A stretch of 64,000 nucleotides of DNA, from NCBI GenBank assembly GCA_002633005.1, contig NMRA01000699.1, positions 90,797 through 154,796 of the forward strand. The letters run 5' to 3'. The translations under genes were made by a program, and so were the position numbers. The DNA comes from Phoronis australis (taxonomy: Eukaryota; Animalia; Phoronida). Below are positions 1 through 12,800 of this stretch, piece by piece. Each line of letters opens with the position of its first letter. Position 1 is the stretch's first letter. The notes beneath the pieces are model-generated. The model had not been told where the DNA came from. It made no database searches and worked only from the letters and a program-made list of their open reading frames with translations.

Positions 1-84
1 CTTTTACTAGGGAAAACTTGCAACCTAACGTGCAAGTACACACATACAGTATTAGATGCGATCCGCCACGTGCACAGTCTGAGT

Positions 85-1171
85 CACAGGCGCTTGGGTT
101 TATCGCAAATGACGTCACTCAATAATATAAGAAAACATAAAGGTTCCCAACTTCAACCGTCCAAAATCCAAATAAAATCTGCGTGCACCTCCCTCAGTCT
201 GATGTTGCATAAACCTTCGAAGCCTTATCTTTCCTAGATCCCAATAACTGTCTTCGTGAGTGGTAAATTGGCGATGGAATTTCCAAAACAATCTCAAAAC
301 TCTGAATTCAAGGACATGAAATAGTAAACATGGCGATTTCAGTTGTGCTTCAACTTGTACGCCTGTCGTAGGTGAAACTTCGAGTTTGAGCAAGCAACCT
401 ATATTTCAAATTCAATAATTCTAATCCAAAACTCAACTAATTGAGAATGTTAAAGTTAGTATTTTAATGATTATTTGTAACTTTATTCCACTGACGGCTC
501 ATTTTAGCCCTTAACTTATAATTTTATTACATAAACTGGCGTATCTTGTTTCTCATCTTGACATCACGCACTTTTTTGATTGAAGCACAACACACACTCT
601 GCCAGGAAAGGCAGTCCGTGCAAGTATTACAATGCGCGTGGCCGACGAGTTAACTCAGTGGTTTTGGCCAAAAGTAAAATCTTCATAAGAAATCACAGTA
701 CACAAAAAAACTTCGCATATCAATAGAGTATCAGGATAATTTATATCTGACACAAATATGTTAGTAATTACATTTATTTGGCAATAAAGTGCTCTCTGCT
801 TCTCATGATCAAGTAGTCGAGGGATTGACGATGAAAGCAGCGCGAAATTAGACTTTCGGATTTAGCTCGGGAGCGTCCGTCAAAAACCCGGATGTGCCAA
901 GACCGTCTGCCATGACATCACGGAATCAATTCCTTGAATTTGTGATTTTGGCATTCGTTTGGCATTTTTGTCGCCAAATCACCACTCGAAGGCAATTTGA
1001 AGAGATCGAATGAAAGAAAGTATTGAAAGAGTTGTCCGATGCTAGTTTCGTGGAGCTCCATGCACATTTGAGTAGAAAATTCTGGGCAAACAGATTTCGA
1101 GTGTCCAACCTTTATGTTTTCTTATATATATTATTGAGTGACGTCATTTGCGATAAACCCAAGCGCCTGTG
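85..1171. mobile_element. Non-autonomous TIR DNA transposon (MITE-like) with 8-bp TSD; hAT- or P-type
   Basis: ~60-bp terminal inverted repeats (CACAGGCGCTTGGGTTTATCGCAAATGACGTCACTCAATAATATA..., identical apart from a TA-repeat indel). Flanked by an exact 8-bp direct repeat GTCTGAGT at 77-84 and 1172-1179. No transposase ORF. Confidence 0.9.
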
Positions 1172-4100
1172 GTCTGAGTGAAGTATTTAAAACATCTGCC
1201 GAAAGACACTTAGGAATTCGAAGCTTATGGGATAAATAAAAAACGTACCTCGATTTGCGTAGGTGAAGTAATATCGGTCTCGGTCGATACGCCTCGTGGG
1301 ATATTACTTGATGTACGCCACTTTCGGTACGTTTTGTGTATGAATTCGATTGGTCACGTCACGATAGATGTGCATGATAACTGATTCCATAGTACTACAT
1401 GTATATCTGTGTGCTTTCCAAATGATCTCGTACACGGTAGTGCTAATATTACATGTACATTAGTAAAAACAACAATGGTTTTAAATCGTGTTATGTTTCA
1501 TGGGAACCGTCCCACAACATCAGGAGCCCACTAACGAGCTCAGGACTGTACACAAAGAAAATCACAATAGAGTTTACACAGACGCAAGAAAGATACAGTA
1601 ACCTGTTAGACCTGTATGTATACAGTAAAACATACGAAAGCAACAAAGAATAAAAAAGAAGTGGCAAAGGTTCGAGTTTTATGTGTGCGGTTAATGATAA
1701 TCGTCTTCGAGTAATGGGAAGTTTTATCACGCAGTTTAAGATGGTTACCATTAGAGACGCTGTCAACAATGCCAAGGCAGTGTTCAACGGCGGCTAAACT
1801 GCAAGCATCATTGTCGTGGATATTACGATATATTTGGAAATTCTTGTTCTTTTCATTCTATAAGTCTCACATGTTACTGGCTTTTCCTGCTTGCAGTGTG
1901 ATGTAACTTTGTCCTGATTTTCTGTGTACACTGATTATTTGAGAATAAACATATGGGACTTCCCATGAAAAACATCCTGATTAAAACGGTCGTTGATTCT
2001 ATTACAGGAATGTGTGTGCTTGGCGCAACACAAAATAGAGCAAATTTACTAGACAAAGAGACGTTGAAATCCGATTTCAAAGCATTGCTATAATGTTCAC
2101 ACGTGTGGCCATGAAGCAAATCTTACTACTTAGCAACAGAAATGCCTTGGTTGCTGTCACTACGCAATAAATAAACGAGACTGCTCGATCGGTCCCTCAA
2201 GAGCTGAATACCCAGGATAGAAGCTTGCGTCCTGGTAGAAAAACAAGAGGTGTGACCAAACTTTTGGATTTTCTTGAAGCGTGTCAACGGTCAATGGCTG
2301 GTGGTTAGCCGTAGGTAACAGATGGTTTATACACATGCTTAATCTGTGTCACTTTGGAAGTCAATTTTGTTTGGATGTTTTTCATATCAGAGCTTTTCTC
2401 ATGCGCAATTTTGAGAGCGGTGAGATATAAATACCCGACAACTACAGTGTACTTGTTAAAACTGATCAAAAACCATCAAGAAGAACCACCCACTGAACCA
2501 ACAGAGAGAACCAGGTGAGAAGTACTTTGGGAATTGGGAAAGGGACTTCGTTGAGCTCAAGTCGATTGACTATTAAAGCAAATGGACGCTATAACTAAAC
2601 AATTAAAAAGTTAGACAATCTTGGCACATGACATTAAAAGTGAAAATTTTGAATTCTTTGTGAATGAGCTGATCGTAATTGTTATGGGCGACCTGAAAAA
2701 AGGAAAATTGCTACCCTCGAGCAAATAACGTCAAACTTAGAGAGAAAATGTACACGAAGGGCCGATCTCGCCTCCATCTAAGGAACCACTGTAAATATCA
2801 AGTCAATAGCATGGGGAGACATGGGTAGATTATGAAGCTAAAGAGAAAGCTTTTTCCACGAAAAGAAATAAAATTACAAAGCCCGCGTCCATCCAATAGA
2901 AAGGACACACATGCTTCCTAGACCAGATGGAGTCAAAATGCCAGTCGATACGAAACCAAAACATCTTTAACATATTTAAAGAAAACGAGATCCTAAAATT
3001 GGTCAGGGAAAAGCTGTGGCTAGCAAGGCTATACCCACGGTCAGAGGTACCGTATAAAATTTGATAATTACAGGATGCCGGTGGACAAATGTAGAAAAAG
3101 CTATATCAAGTTCTACAAGCTGGTTACTGACAGAACAACGTACTTATGCAATGAAAACCAAGAAAACGTCGTGGAGTTTTACACTAGTTGACAACGCGAA
3201 AATGGCCAAAGTCCGTCAATAAATTGTGGAACAATAATTGAAGTTCTCAGCTGGAACGTTCACGGTCTCAGAAACAATTAATTTTTCACAAAGAAAGATA
3301 TTTCAAGGTACTTCCTAGTTCGTGTGAAAATGATTTCAAACTGAATGGTTACACATGCATTGCCAAGGTCAGGAAACGAAAAAATAGCATTAAACTGCGA
3401 AAGATCAATTATCTGGAGATTTAGATGTGTATCAGTACAATTCGAAAGATATGATGCCATGGTGGGACTGGGTAAAACTACTATCGAAGTCGAAAACCTA
3501 CTTAGCTACCACACGGCTCAAAATAAGGCTAACAAACAACTTGTGTGTCGGTGAAGGTCCTTAAATTCCTAAGTACTAATTATATGCAATGCTCTATGTC
3601 GCCATCTAATGAAATATGTACATATCTTTAGCATGTACCTTATGCTATTACACATTTCCTAGGAAATACCATTTTCGAAACTTACCCTAGCGATCAATAG
3701 CCAACTGTTGCTGCACTCCAACTATCATGCTATTTTATACATTGACCTATTTTCATTTTTCAAGATACGAAGGTCACCGGTCGTAGACCTTTTGTTAAGC
3801 CGCTTTTAAACGAGAGACATGATCAGTTTTCACCACCGGACTTGCTTCACTACTGACCTTTTGATCAAAAGACCTTTCATTTCACTAGGCGAGTACTGCC
3901 GTAGGTCTACAACGTTTAATGTATTGTACTGTGCATCAGTCTGTAAGAGGGGTGCCCCTGAAAAACAGCCAGAAACTGTTTACAGTTGAGCATGATGCGT
4001 CCTCTATTAGTGGCTTATTCCCGATTTCTATACCTCCTGTAGTTTTGTTGAGTCTCTTGACGTGATTATATTTTGACACATTTTGGACAGAATTTAGGAA

Positions 4101-4669
4101 TGCGAGCCCCTCACCATCAGATTAATGAGCTGATTGCTCAGTGTTCTGTAAATAACATGCGTCACACTCGACCGTACCATAGCATGCTTAAATGTATAGA
4201 TAACATGCTGTCAGCGCCTACATTTAAGTTGACGATGACCACCAAATGAGCTAGCGGCGAACGAAGTTGTGCATATAAAATTTGAGGCACCAAGGCTTAG
4301 ACCATAATAGTGATAGAGTAGTGAACCCAATGTTTATGTACCCTTTTACAACTTACTGGTACATTTATCGTATTCTACTGTTAGATAAATCTCGCATCTT
4401 ATGCCAACCAGAAACTTAGTAACCTTTGAAAAAGGTGCATACATTCAGAATTTCCTTCAACCCCGCCCAAGCACTTGTTGCTAAGTATATTTTGTAGCAA
4501 AAAAAAAGAAGTATTCTACTCAAACTACTGTACCAAATGGCATTCTTGACGAAATAGCACTTGACACTGACTCAGCTGCACGTAAACAGTCGTCGACATA
4601 GACGCTGTTGGGCACAGATAGTTCTAAAACCACCTCGGACCCACACACACCTTATGGTATATCAATGCG

Positions 4670-5251
4670 TGTTGCGGCCGACAGATGGCGCGCACGTGGT
4701 AGTAAATAAAAGAACACACGAATACTTTATTAATAGAATACGTCAATTAATTTGCAGCGTTGCGATTTACAAACAGTAGATTACATCGAGTTGTGACTCT
4801 GACGACTGTTTGAATGAAACGATATATCGCTACAGGCGAAAATACTAATCTACAGTGCCACCAGTTACCCGTAGCTACCGCACACGTTTATGCATTACAA
4901 GTCGCAACCGATGAACTAACCCTCTAGAACAATCACTAGACTGGTTCAAATTGTCTGGCAGGCTTAGACCAACGACTGTGTTAAGTGTTTATACCTCGGT
5001 TCTTGTGTTCGGCTTTATAGCTTCAATAAGTTGCTCGTCCGGCTTTCCTTCAGTGACTTCGTAGTCTGTTCGTCCTTGGTGGTCTGGTCTAATGTCTTGG
5101 TCTTGAGGTCTAGTCTGGCCCCGTAGCCTCGTGGTCTGATTCTCCTTGGTAGCCAATGTCTTAAATACTGTTCTAGCTGGCATCGTATGGTGGGCCCGTC
5201 TCGTGACAGTTATGTCCACAGTCAGAGTTCGCACGTGACACTTGCATAACA
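4670..5251 (-). mobile_element. Possible solo LTR
   Basis: On the minus strand it begins TGTTATG and ends ...GCCGCAACA, with AATAAA about 55 nt before the end. No matching TSD found. Confidence 0.3.
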
Positions 5252-5795
5252 CTTTAAAGTTTAAAGATGCTGACTCAGCAATTTCAAATCAGCTGACTAT
5301 TAGAACAATTCTTGAATAACACCTGTGATAACCTCTGCTAAAGTCAAAGATATATTTGCAGGCACTTTTAAGTTTTGAAAATCTCAATTAAACGTGGAGG
5401 GCATAGTTTCATTTTATTACACCCTAGAACATCTCGATCCACGATCCCTCGACTCACGACCCCCTTAACCCACGACCTGTGGCAATTGCGCGTTTTATAT
5501 ATTTCATAAACTTATTACGAAGCTGAGTGAATTTCCCATAGGACATACCTACACGCGAGTCTGCTCTGGGTCAAGTCTGGTGATTCAAAATAGAAAGTGG
5601 CATGAGAAAGTCATCTGAAATAGGGCATTGTGAGCGCGCTATCGTTGTCAAGGAAATAGTTCCAAGAGCATCTACCAATAGCCCAGTTCTACCGAATTTA
5701 GGGAGAGAATATGTTAACGTGAATGTACCTAATTTCACATTTTTATTATTTGCTTTCTATATATATATACTCGATCGTTTACAATATACTCCATA

Positions 5796-6920
5796 CAACG
5801 CCAGAAATTTGTAACATGCACTACTGCGCATGCGCTAAATCTTGCCAGCAGCCCTCCATAAGAAATACACAAGAGCAGGATATAATCAGGAATTTACAAG
5901 CGAGGGGAGATAACTGCACAATTTGCCGATAGCCTGCCGCATAGAGTGTATGTTAAGACTTGTTACTGCCAAATATCAGCGTCATTGGTGAAAATTTTTC
6001 CACGTCTCTTGAAGTTTGAAGTTTGCCCCATTCAGGCCTATGTTAACGATCGTCCAGAAGCCCATATTTGAGCGCATAGCTCATTTTGAAGTCAAGTTTG
6101 TGGCCCTGAATTCATTTTGCCATCGGATTTGCCGATAGCGGAGGTGATTACCAGGAGTATTCAGAGGTTGCTGGTCCAAATTTCATGCTGTTTTTCGAAA
6201 ATTTTTCCACGTCTCTTGTGTTCAGAAAATGGATCCACGTACAGTGTGTGAGATTAAATGTTGCCGATCGCGCCGGCTGTCTTGCAATCGGGAATTTGCA
6301 CTCTGTATAGATGAGAGATTACCTCAGAATCGGTAAGAAACTGTTATGTTCATTTTCTCATCCGGTATGAGTTTAGAAATACTTTCGAAGTTTGAAAAAA
6401 GTCGGATTTTATACAGTTTTATGCAGGTTTTTCGCCTGTGAGTATAGTTGATACTGGTTATCTTCAAAATGTTGTTTCGTTTTGTGATCCACAGAACGTT
6501 GTCCTTTCGTCTTGATTTAATACTGTTACATTGGAGTGGATTCCGGACACAAATATGTATTGGCAAACATCTGAAGATTAATAAAAAGCGCTTTGGCAGC
6601 CCGCTTAGGCTGCAAGCACACGCCGGCTGCCTGGTGTTCATTTCACTTTTGTTGTGCTTATGTGTAGGCCTAGAGCTGTGACCCCAATGACCCAGCTAGC
6701 ACTGTCATACTGTAGACTGTGGCGTTCCAGAAATTCCAAAGACTGTTATTGTAAACTTGACAAGTATTGCTCTGCAGACTATATTGACTTCACTGGGGCT
6801 CACGGTACTAGCGCCCAAGCTTCCTGACCTTTAACCTTACTATGCGTTGTTACGATTGGTTAGGGACATGGCGCAAAGCGTCACCTAGGGGATCAAGAAT
6901 GTTACAAATTTCTGGCGTTG
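5796..6920. mobile_element. Non-autonomous TIR element with perfect 22-bp inverted repeats
   Basis: CAACGCCAGAAATTTGTAACAT at 5796-5817 and its exact reverse complement at 6899-6920. Internal direct repeat GAAAATTTTTCCACGTCTCTTG near 5990 and 6197. No clear TSD. Confidence 0.7.
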
Positions 6921-7609
6921 AAAACTTTGAAATAATTTTTAGCTAGCAGTTTGCTTTTTCAAACTGTATTTACTGATGAAATTACAGGTTTGCAGTTCCT
7001 CGCACTCTCCGCAAAAGGTTGAATCTACCATTCACTCAAGAGCAGATGAGACGATTACGGGAACGACATTTGTAATGTTGGTACATGTAGCTCTTCCATT
7101 TGATTTGGTCGCGTTTTTTTTTTTTTTTTTTCGGCTTTCAAACTTGCCAAACAGTCTCTCTTAATTGCAAAAATAGGGAAAAGCCAGCTGAACTCTCGGC
7201 CCAACTCATTGGTCGTGCAACTCAGTGCTTGTTCTAGTGTTCAGATCGAGTCGAACTTGTGTAGACTAGGTCGAGGGTGTTGTGGGCCGTGGGTAGAGGG
7301 CAGTATTAACACACACTGGTCATGACGACGCCCCAAAAAGAAGTATAATCGTTCTATATACCTCGGAGTCCCTTGTTAAGCCACCATCTTGTTACCAAAT
7401 GAAACCTAAAGAGTCTCAGTCTTCCGAGGGAACTGTGACGCGATAGAACATCGGTTCGATGTCACCAGTCACTGCAAAGGGTTTCTGAAGAAATCTTAGC
7501 AAAACAGACAACAAATCACTTGTCAGGTAGGTACCTTGCAAAAGTGTGCCATTTAATAAGACGTGTTACCGAACGACACAATCAAAAACAACTGCGCTGT
7601 GAAATAACC

Positions 7610-9612
7610 ACATTTAACTGGACTGAAAGACTTAACCAAAGTGACATAAATGACGTAGTCTTAATATTCACACAGTCACTCTACAACATACAGTATTAGA
7701 TAATATTACCCCATCAACAATGAAAACAATAAAAAACAAGAACAAACCGTGATTTAACAATAACATTAAGTCTGAAATAAAAAAAACAAATAAACTGTAC
7801 AGTTCGTTCAGAAGATCAGATAACCCATGCACGTTCAAGTGCTACAAAGAACAGTACAAGAGTGTGGAAGAACTAATTAAAAAGACAAAACAAGAGTATA
7901 ATATGAAAGTTATCTCCCATGTCAAAAATGTCTCCAATCCAAAAAATCTAAGGAATATTGGGAGATAGTCAACAAAATTCGAGGACAGGTCAAGCAATCA
8001 GCATACCCCACCATCCACTCAAAGGAATCCAACTCTCAGGCGTCATCAAAAAGGTGATAAAAGTAAGTTATTTCTAGACTACTTCACCGGCAAGAGACAC
8101 ATTGCACCAACAATAAACTTTCCCGAATTTCCAAACAGAACATCAGAACACATCTCTGACATACAAGCCCAAGCATCTGAAGTAAGAAAACTACTAGAAA
8201 ACATTGACGAAAACAAAAACGACGGTACCAATCTCATAACCAATAAAATGATCAAGATAATAGCAATAGAGCTTACACTTCCTCTGACAACATTATACAA
8301 CAAAATACTACAATCTGGAAAATTTCCTTCGAACTGGAAGCTTGGTGTTATGATACCAATACACAAAAAGGAACTCCAAAACAAACATTGCCAACTATCG
8401 CCCCATAATTCTACTTAACACCTTATCCAGAATTTTAGAAAAAGTCATTTCTCAACACATGTTTGACCACCTCTATTCACAAAACCTGGTAACATCACTG
8501 TATCCCTACTTACAGAAATTGTACACGACATCCACCTCCAGTTTGAGCAAGGGTACAACGTGAGATCCGTATTTTTAGACATTGCGTCAGTTTTTGATGT
8601 CATTTCCCATGACCTGCTTCACCATAAATTACAATCTTACGGTTTCTCATGCACTCTCCTCTTACTTTTAAGATCATATCTCGAAAATCGAACTTACAAA
8701 GTCCGAATTGATGGTGTCTTATCATCTTCGTCAACGCCAGGTTCCGTAAATGATGGAGTACCACAGGGTAGCGTACTAGGTCCCTTACTCTTTTTACTGT
8801 GCATCAATGATCTTCCAAACACAATAAACATTCTTCTATGCCGATGACACTGCAATTCTCCAAAGTAATGTGCACACTATTCCGTCTTCCATCAGCCAAG
8901 CCTTCAGGAGATCAACGATATTAACTAGTATTGACAACTGGAATTCCTTACCGTTCAAAATAAAAGAAAGCACTTCAATCGTCACTCTCAAAAATAACTT
9001 TAAAATGCACAACACTATTCAAGACTTGCCAGTCCCATGGACATCATTCCAACTTCCTCGCAACCATGAAATAACCCTATACAGATCAAGATGCGATCTA
9101 TTCCTAAACAACGAGAAATTAACACATAATTTTAATAATATTTCTTCCCTGTGTTCCTGTGGAGACACCCAGACATATCCTCATGTTTTGTGGTTGTGAG
9201 GTATGCAAGGAGCAGAAGGTACAGCTTTTCCATGCACTCGAACAATAATCCAACGTTTACAAAAAATATTCTGAAATTCCGCAATTGTACAACACTTTTA
9301 TTCTATATGGATGTCAAAAACTCAACCCAAATGAAATTAAGGTTTTATTTGAAATAGTATCAGAATTTCTTAATAACATTAAATCTCTTTGTGTGATTGG
9401 ATACAATTGTATACGTGTATGAAAATGAATTATTTAGATTTTTAATTGGATCATTGCAATCTTAGCATTAGTTTTTTATTGATGTATTCGTGTATTATAA
9501 TTGTATATAGACTTCTTTGTATTTTTTAACCCAGATCTAATGTCTCTTGGCGCTTTCCGGGTTATGTGTATTCATTGTATTCTGAAGATTTCGTAATAAA
9601 CATTAAAAAAAC
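7610..9612 (+). mobile_element. CR1/L2-group LINE, 5'-truncated, internally deleted, degenerate
   Basis: RT motifs NYRPI, VFLDIASVFD, GVPQGSVLGPLLF and FYADD, followed by a C-terminal Cys/His region and a 3' UTR ending AATAAACATTAAAAAAA. Highly similar to the copy at 25386-28700. Confidence 0.9.
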
Positions 9613-9619
9613 AACACCT

Positions 9620-10552
9620 TCTGTTCTTGTGGGTGATAAACCCCTCGGTGTGGAATGTGCCAATTCTTGCCCTCAGTTGACGCTTGGCCAAGAGGGGCTT
9701 GATCTGCATAACCTGCATCGATGATTTTCTTCATGAAGTGTACGTACTCAGCGTAGAATTTGTAGTCAGATTCCTTTTTGTCGTAGGTATCTCAACCTCT
9801 GGAATGCTTGACTTTGGTTAAATTGGGTAACACCGTGTTTGGGTCACGAAACGGTAAACCGAAATTGTAGTTATCGTCGACAAACTTCTTTGAGTCGCCG
9901 ACCTTATTGATCATCTAGTCCTCTTGTGAATGTCCTCTCTTTGTATCGATGACTTTCTCAGAAAAATCCAGGTTATTTCAACTTTTCATCAACTTCTCGA
10001 AATTATCAGTATGTTGCACGACCTTGACATCAGCAGGTTCCACTTGATAACCTGAGACATCAGCAATTACCAATTGGCCCTGTACAAATATCATATGGTG
10101 AGTAGGCATCCGGCATGTCATTGCATATTAGGCATCACCTTGCCATATGCATGTCCAGAACAGGAGTATTTTCCAAGTGATTCCACTTGGCGATATTTAC
10201 TTTGGTCGGAATGTGTCTTTTGGAAACAGGCATGCTGTCTTTAATGGAAAGAGCAGGCGGTTTAACAATTTTCTCACCATCTAAACCAGACTCCTCAAGT
10301 CCTTGAACCTTCCTCACGTTCACCTTCTGAGAAGAATTCATAGTTTCTAGTAGGATAAAATTCTTGGTACCAGCTACACGTAAATCACGAGCTACCTCGA
10401 ACGTGCAAAACCTTTCATTGCTGCCAGGGTCCAAGAAAGCAAAGCAGTCTACTGTAACGTTAAGTCGAAACCTGACCTTCACCGATATAATTACCGTGGT
10501 GCAGTCTTCAGCTCTAGAATCTCCGGCTCCCATATGTCAGAATCTTTGGTAG
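9620..10552 (-). mobile_element. Bel/Pao LTR retrotransposon remnant (aspartic protease and start of pol)
   Basis: ORF 10135-10533 has HMGAG...VKV...AFLDPGSN...FCT and KWNHL, typical of Bel/Pao protease. Downstream frameshifted pol-like residues. Confidence 0.85.
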
Positions 10553-11695
10553 GGCCCTACTAATCATTTGATGGGAAGGTGTAGTTCAACCGATTGCAGC
10601 ACCAGCTACATGTATGCTACATTTTCTCTTGCGTTTACAAATACTGGCAGTAGGAGGCGCTAAAACATGGTAGTGCAAAGAAAGAATAAATAGTGACTTC
10701 ATGCATAGGTAAATGATATTTAAGACTTGAGCGTTAAGTTACAAGCAAATTCAACTTTTCCAAGCCACCTCTGCGCCACCTATAAATATACGTAGGCAGA
10801 ATGTTCACAAATTTAAGAGGCAGAGCACCAAATTTAACCTATTCAAGAATACCCCGCAACAGGTGTTCCATCTGTTAGCAAGACGATAACATACATGACG
10901 TCAGCAAAATTTCAATATAGGTAGCGCTGTGTCAGAGGGTACAAAAGCTTCACAACTTCATATACACAGAACACGTATTTCAATTATATCACCTTTTCCC
11001 ACACCCTGACAACTCGAGACACGCAGAACACGCATTTCAACTAATTCACTTGTTCCCACTAATCTAGGTGACATTTGTGGAGTAGTAGATAAGGTACCTG
11101 CCGTCAGCTACAGGCTCACAACTTGAGAGTCACAGAGCATACATTTCAAGTAATTCTAGTATTCCCAGTAATCGCTGCGCCACCTGTGGATGGTAGATAA
11201 TGAACATGCTCAAAACCTACAGCAAGAGACACAAAACACAGTCATGTCAACTAATTCAACTATTCCAACTAATCGCTGCGCCACCTGAAGGCAAGTCAGT
11301 GACTCTCAGGTCTTTCTTTCTCACAATGCCAGTGCTCCTTCAGATGACGCTACATTTGGTAGAATTAGGCCTGGATGAATTAGTTAAATAGATCACAGCT
11401 GGATAGGTTGAGATAAGTTGGGATCTGGTGGATTCAATTAAAATCAACAAATTCAACTATTCCCACTAATCACTTTGTCACTTGTGGGCAGGTAGATAAT
11501 GCCGGTATAGGACGTCACCAAGAGGCTCACCAAGCACGCATATCAACTAAATCCACATTTCCCACTAATCGCTGTGCCACCTGCGGGTGCAGGCTGATAA
11601 GAAACATGATGTCAGCGACACGCTCGCATGGTGATGGCAGGATAAGTTCGAATTAGTTGCGTACAACTAAACATTCTGGCACGTATGCCAAAAAA
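10553..11695. repeat. Insertion with degenerate ~100-110 bp tandem units and terminal hairpins (Helentron/HINE-like?)
   Basis: Interrupts Bel/Pao between gag and protease. TTCCCACTAATC-type cores at ~11053, 11162, 11263, 11460 and 11559. Hairpins TTAGTTG-CGTA-CAACTAA (11653-11670) and TGGCA-CGTA-TGCCA (11677-11690). Boundaries approximate. Confidence 0.55.
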
Positions 11696-12800
11696 TTACC
11701 AAGACTAATAGAAATCGTGGATGTCTCAACAGCACCCCAGAACTTAGCAGCAGCAGTATTTTCCAACTTATGCAGACACCTTTTCCGCAGCCTCCTCTTT
11801 AGAATCAATGACCGGTTATCAAGTAAAATTGTAGGATGCAGTTTTCCGCACTTGCTGCAAGTGGACTTGCCTCGACACTGTCTACTGCGGTTACCATGCA
11901 GTAGGCAACCAAAGTACACACTCTTGTTATGTAGAAATAACAAACCTGTCCTGAAACTACTTCAACTCTGACACGAAGCAAGAGAGTGACTTCCATAACA
12001 GGAGATAGAAGTCGTATATAGAATAAAAAGCACTAAACGAGGTAGATGACTTTCAAATTTGACTACGTACACCGACAGGGACAGACTTCTGCATAGGTGA
12101 AAAAGCTCGTTCGATTACAGGGTCATTTGACTGACTTTATGGCCTCTTTACGCATACCTCGACTAAGTCAGAGAACTTGGCACTTCTTTTTTCCCTCAAA
12201 TCATAAGCTCTTGAACGCCATTTTCCTTGCATATTGAAATGTAGTTTTTTTATTAAAATGCGTAGATTGTCTGCGTACCCTAGAACAGCCATAGCGTCTA
12301 TTGAGATTACTGCATTTTTGCATTCTAATAAAACGAGGCCGAAATCATCAAGCTGTTCAGACTGGTCTACTGTAATTTGATCACTTGCCAGATTAAAGCT
12401 TTCGTAATATAGGCGCTTACCACAACACTACTGTCACCCTAGCGTTCCCTAAACTCCTACATGACAGCTGAGTATGCTATGTCACTGGGCATAATGATAC
12501 AGTGTATATCCACAAACTTTTTATTGGGTTCCCCAAAGGTGTACTATTCAACACAATTCATTCGTTCATCATCTGTAGGGACAAATGACGGGACTGTAGA
12601 TTCGAATCCTCTCATGAATTTCAAAATTCGAAGAGGGTCTCCATCAAAATTTGAATTTTTTCAGGCTTTCTTAGCTCTTTGACTAGGCTAAACATATGGA
12701 AATTGACTACTGTGTTGTCTTGAAGAACGGCACGATGATTTCTATTTGATCCAACACTCGACAGCTCACAATCGTCAGTCTCCTGCTGTAGACAGCTCGC
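11696..12800 (-). mobile_element. Bel/Pao gag remnant
   Basis: FGCLLHGNRSRQCRGKSTCSKCGKLHPTIL (Bel/Pao gag Cys/His knuckles) in ORF 11653-11943. KFDGDP...FMRGFE-like N-terminal gag segment on the minus strand near 12600-12660. Confidence 0.8.

Noticed and set aside
8079-8384. Hydrophobic 101-aa ORF with a near-twin at 27211-27456
   Set aside because: Both are antisense frames of the LINE RT copies.
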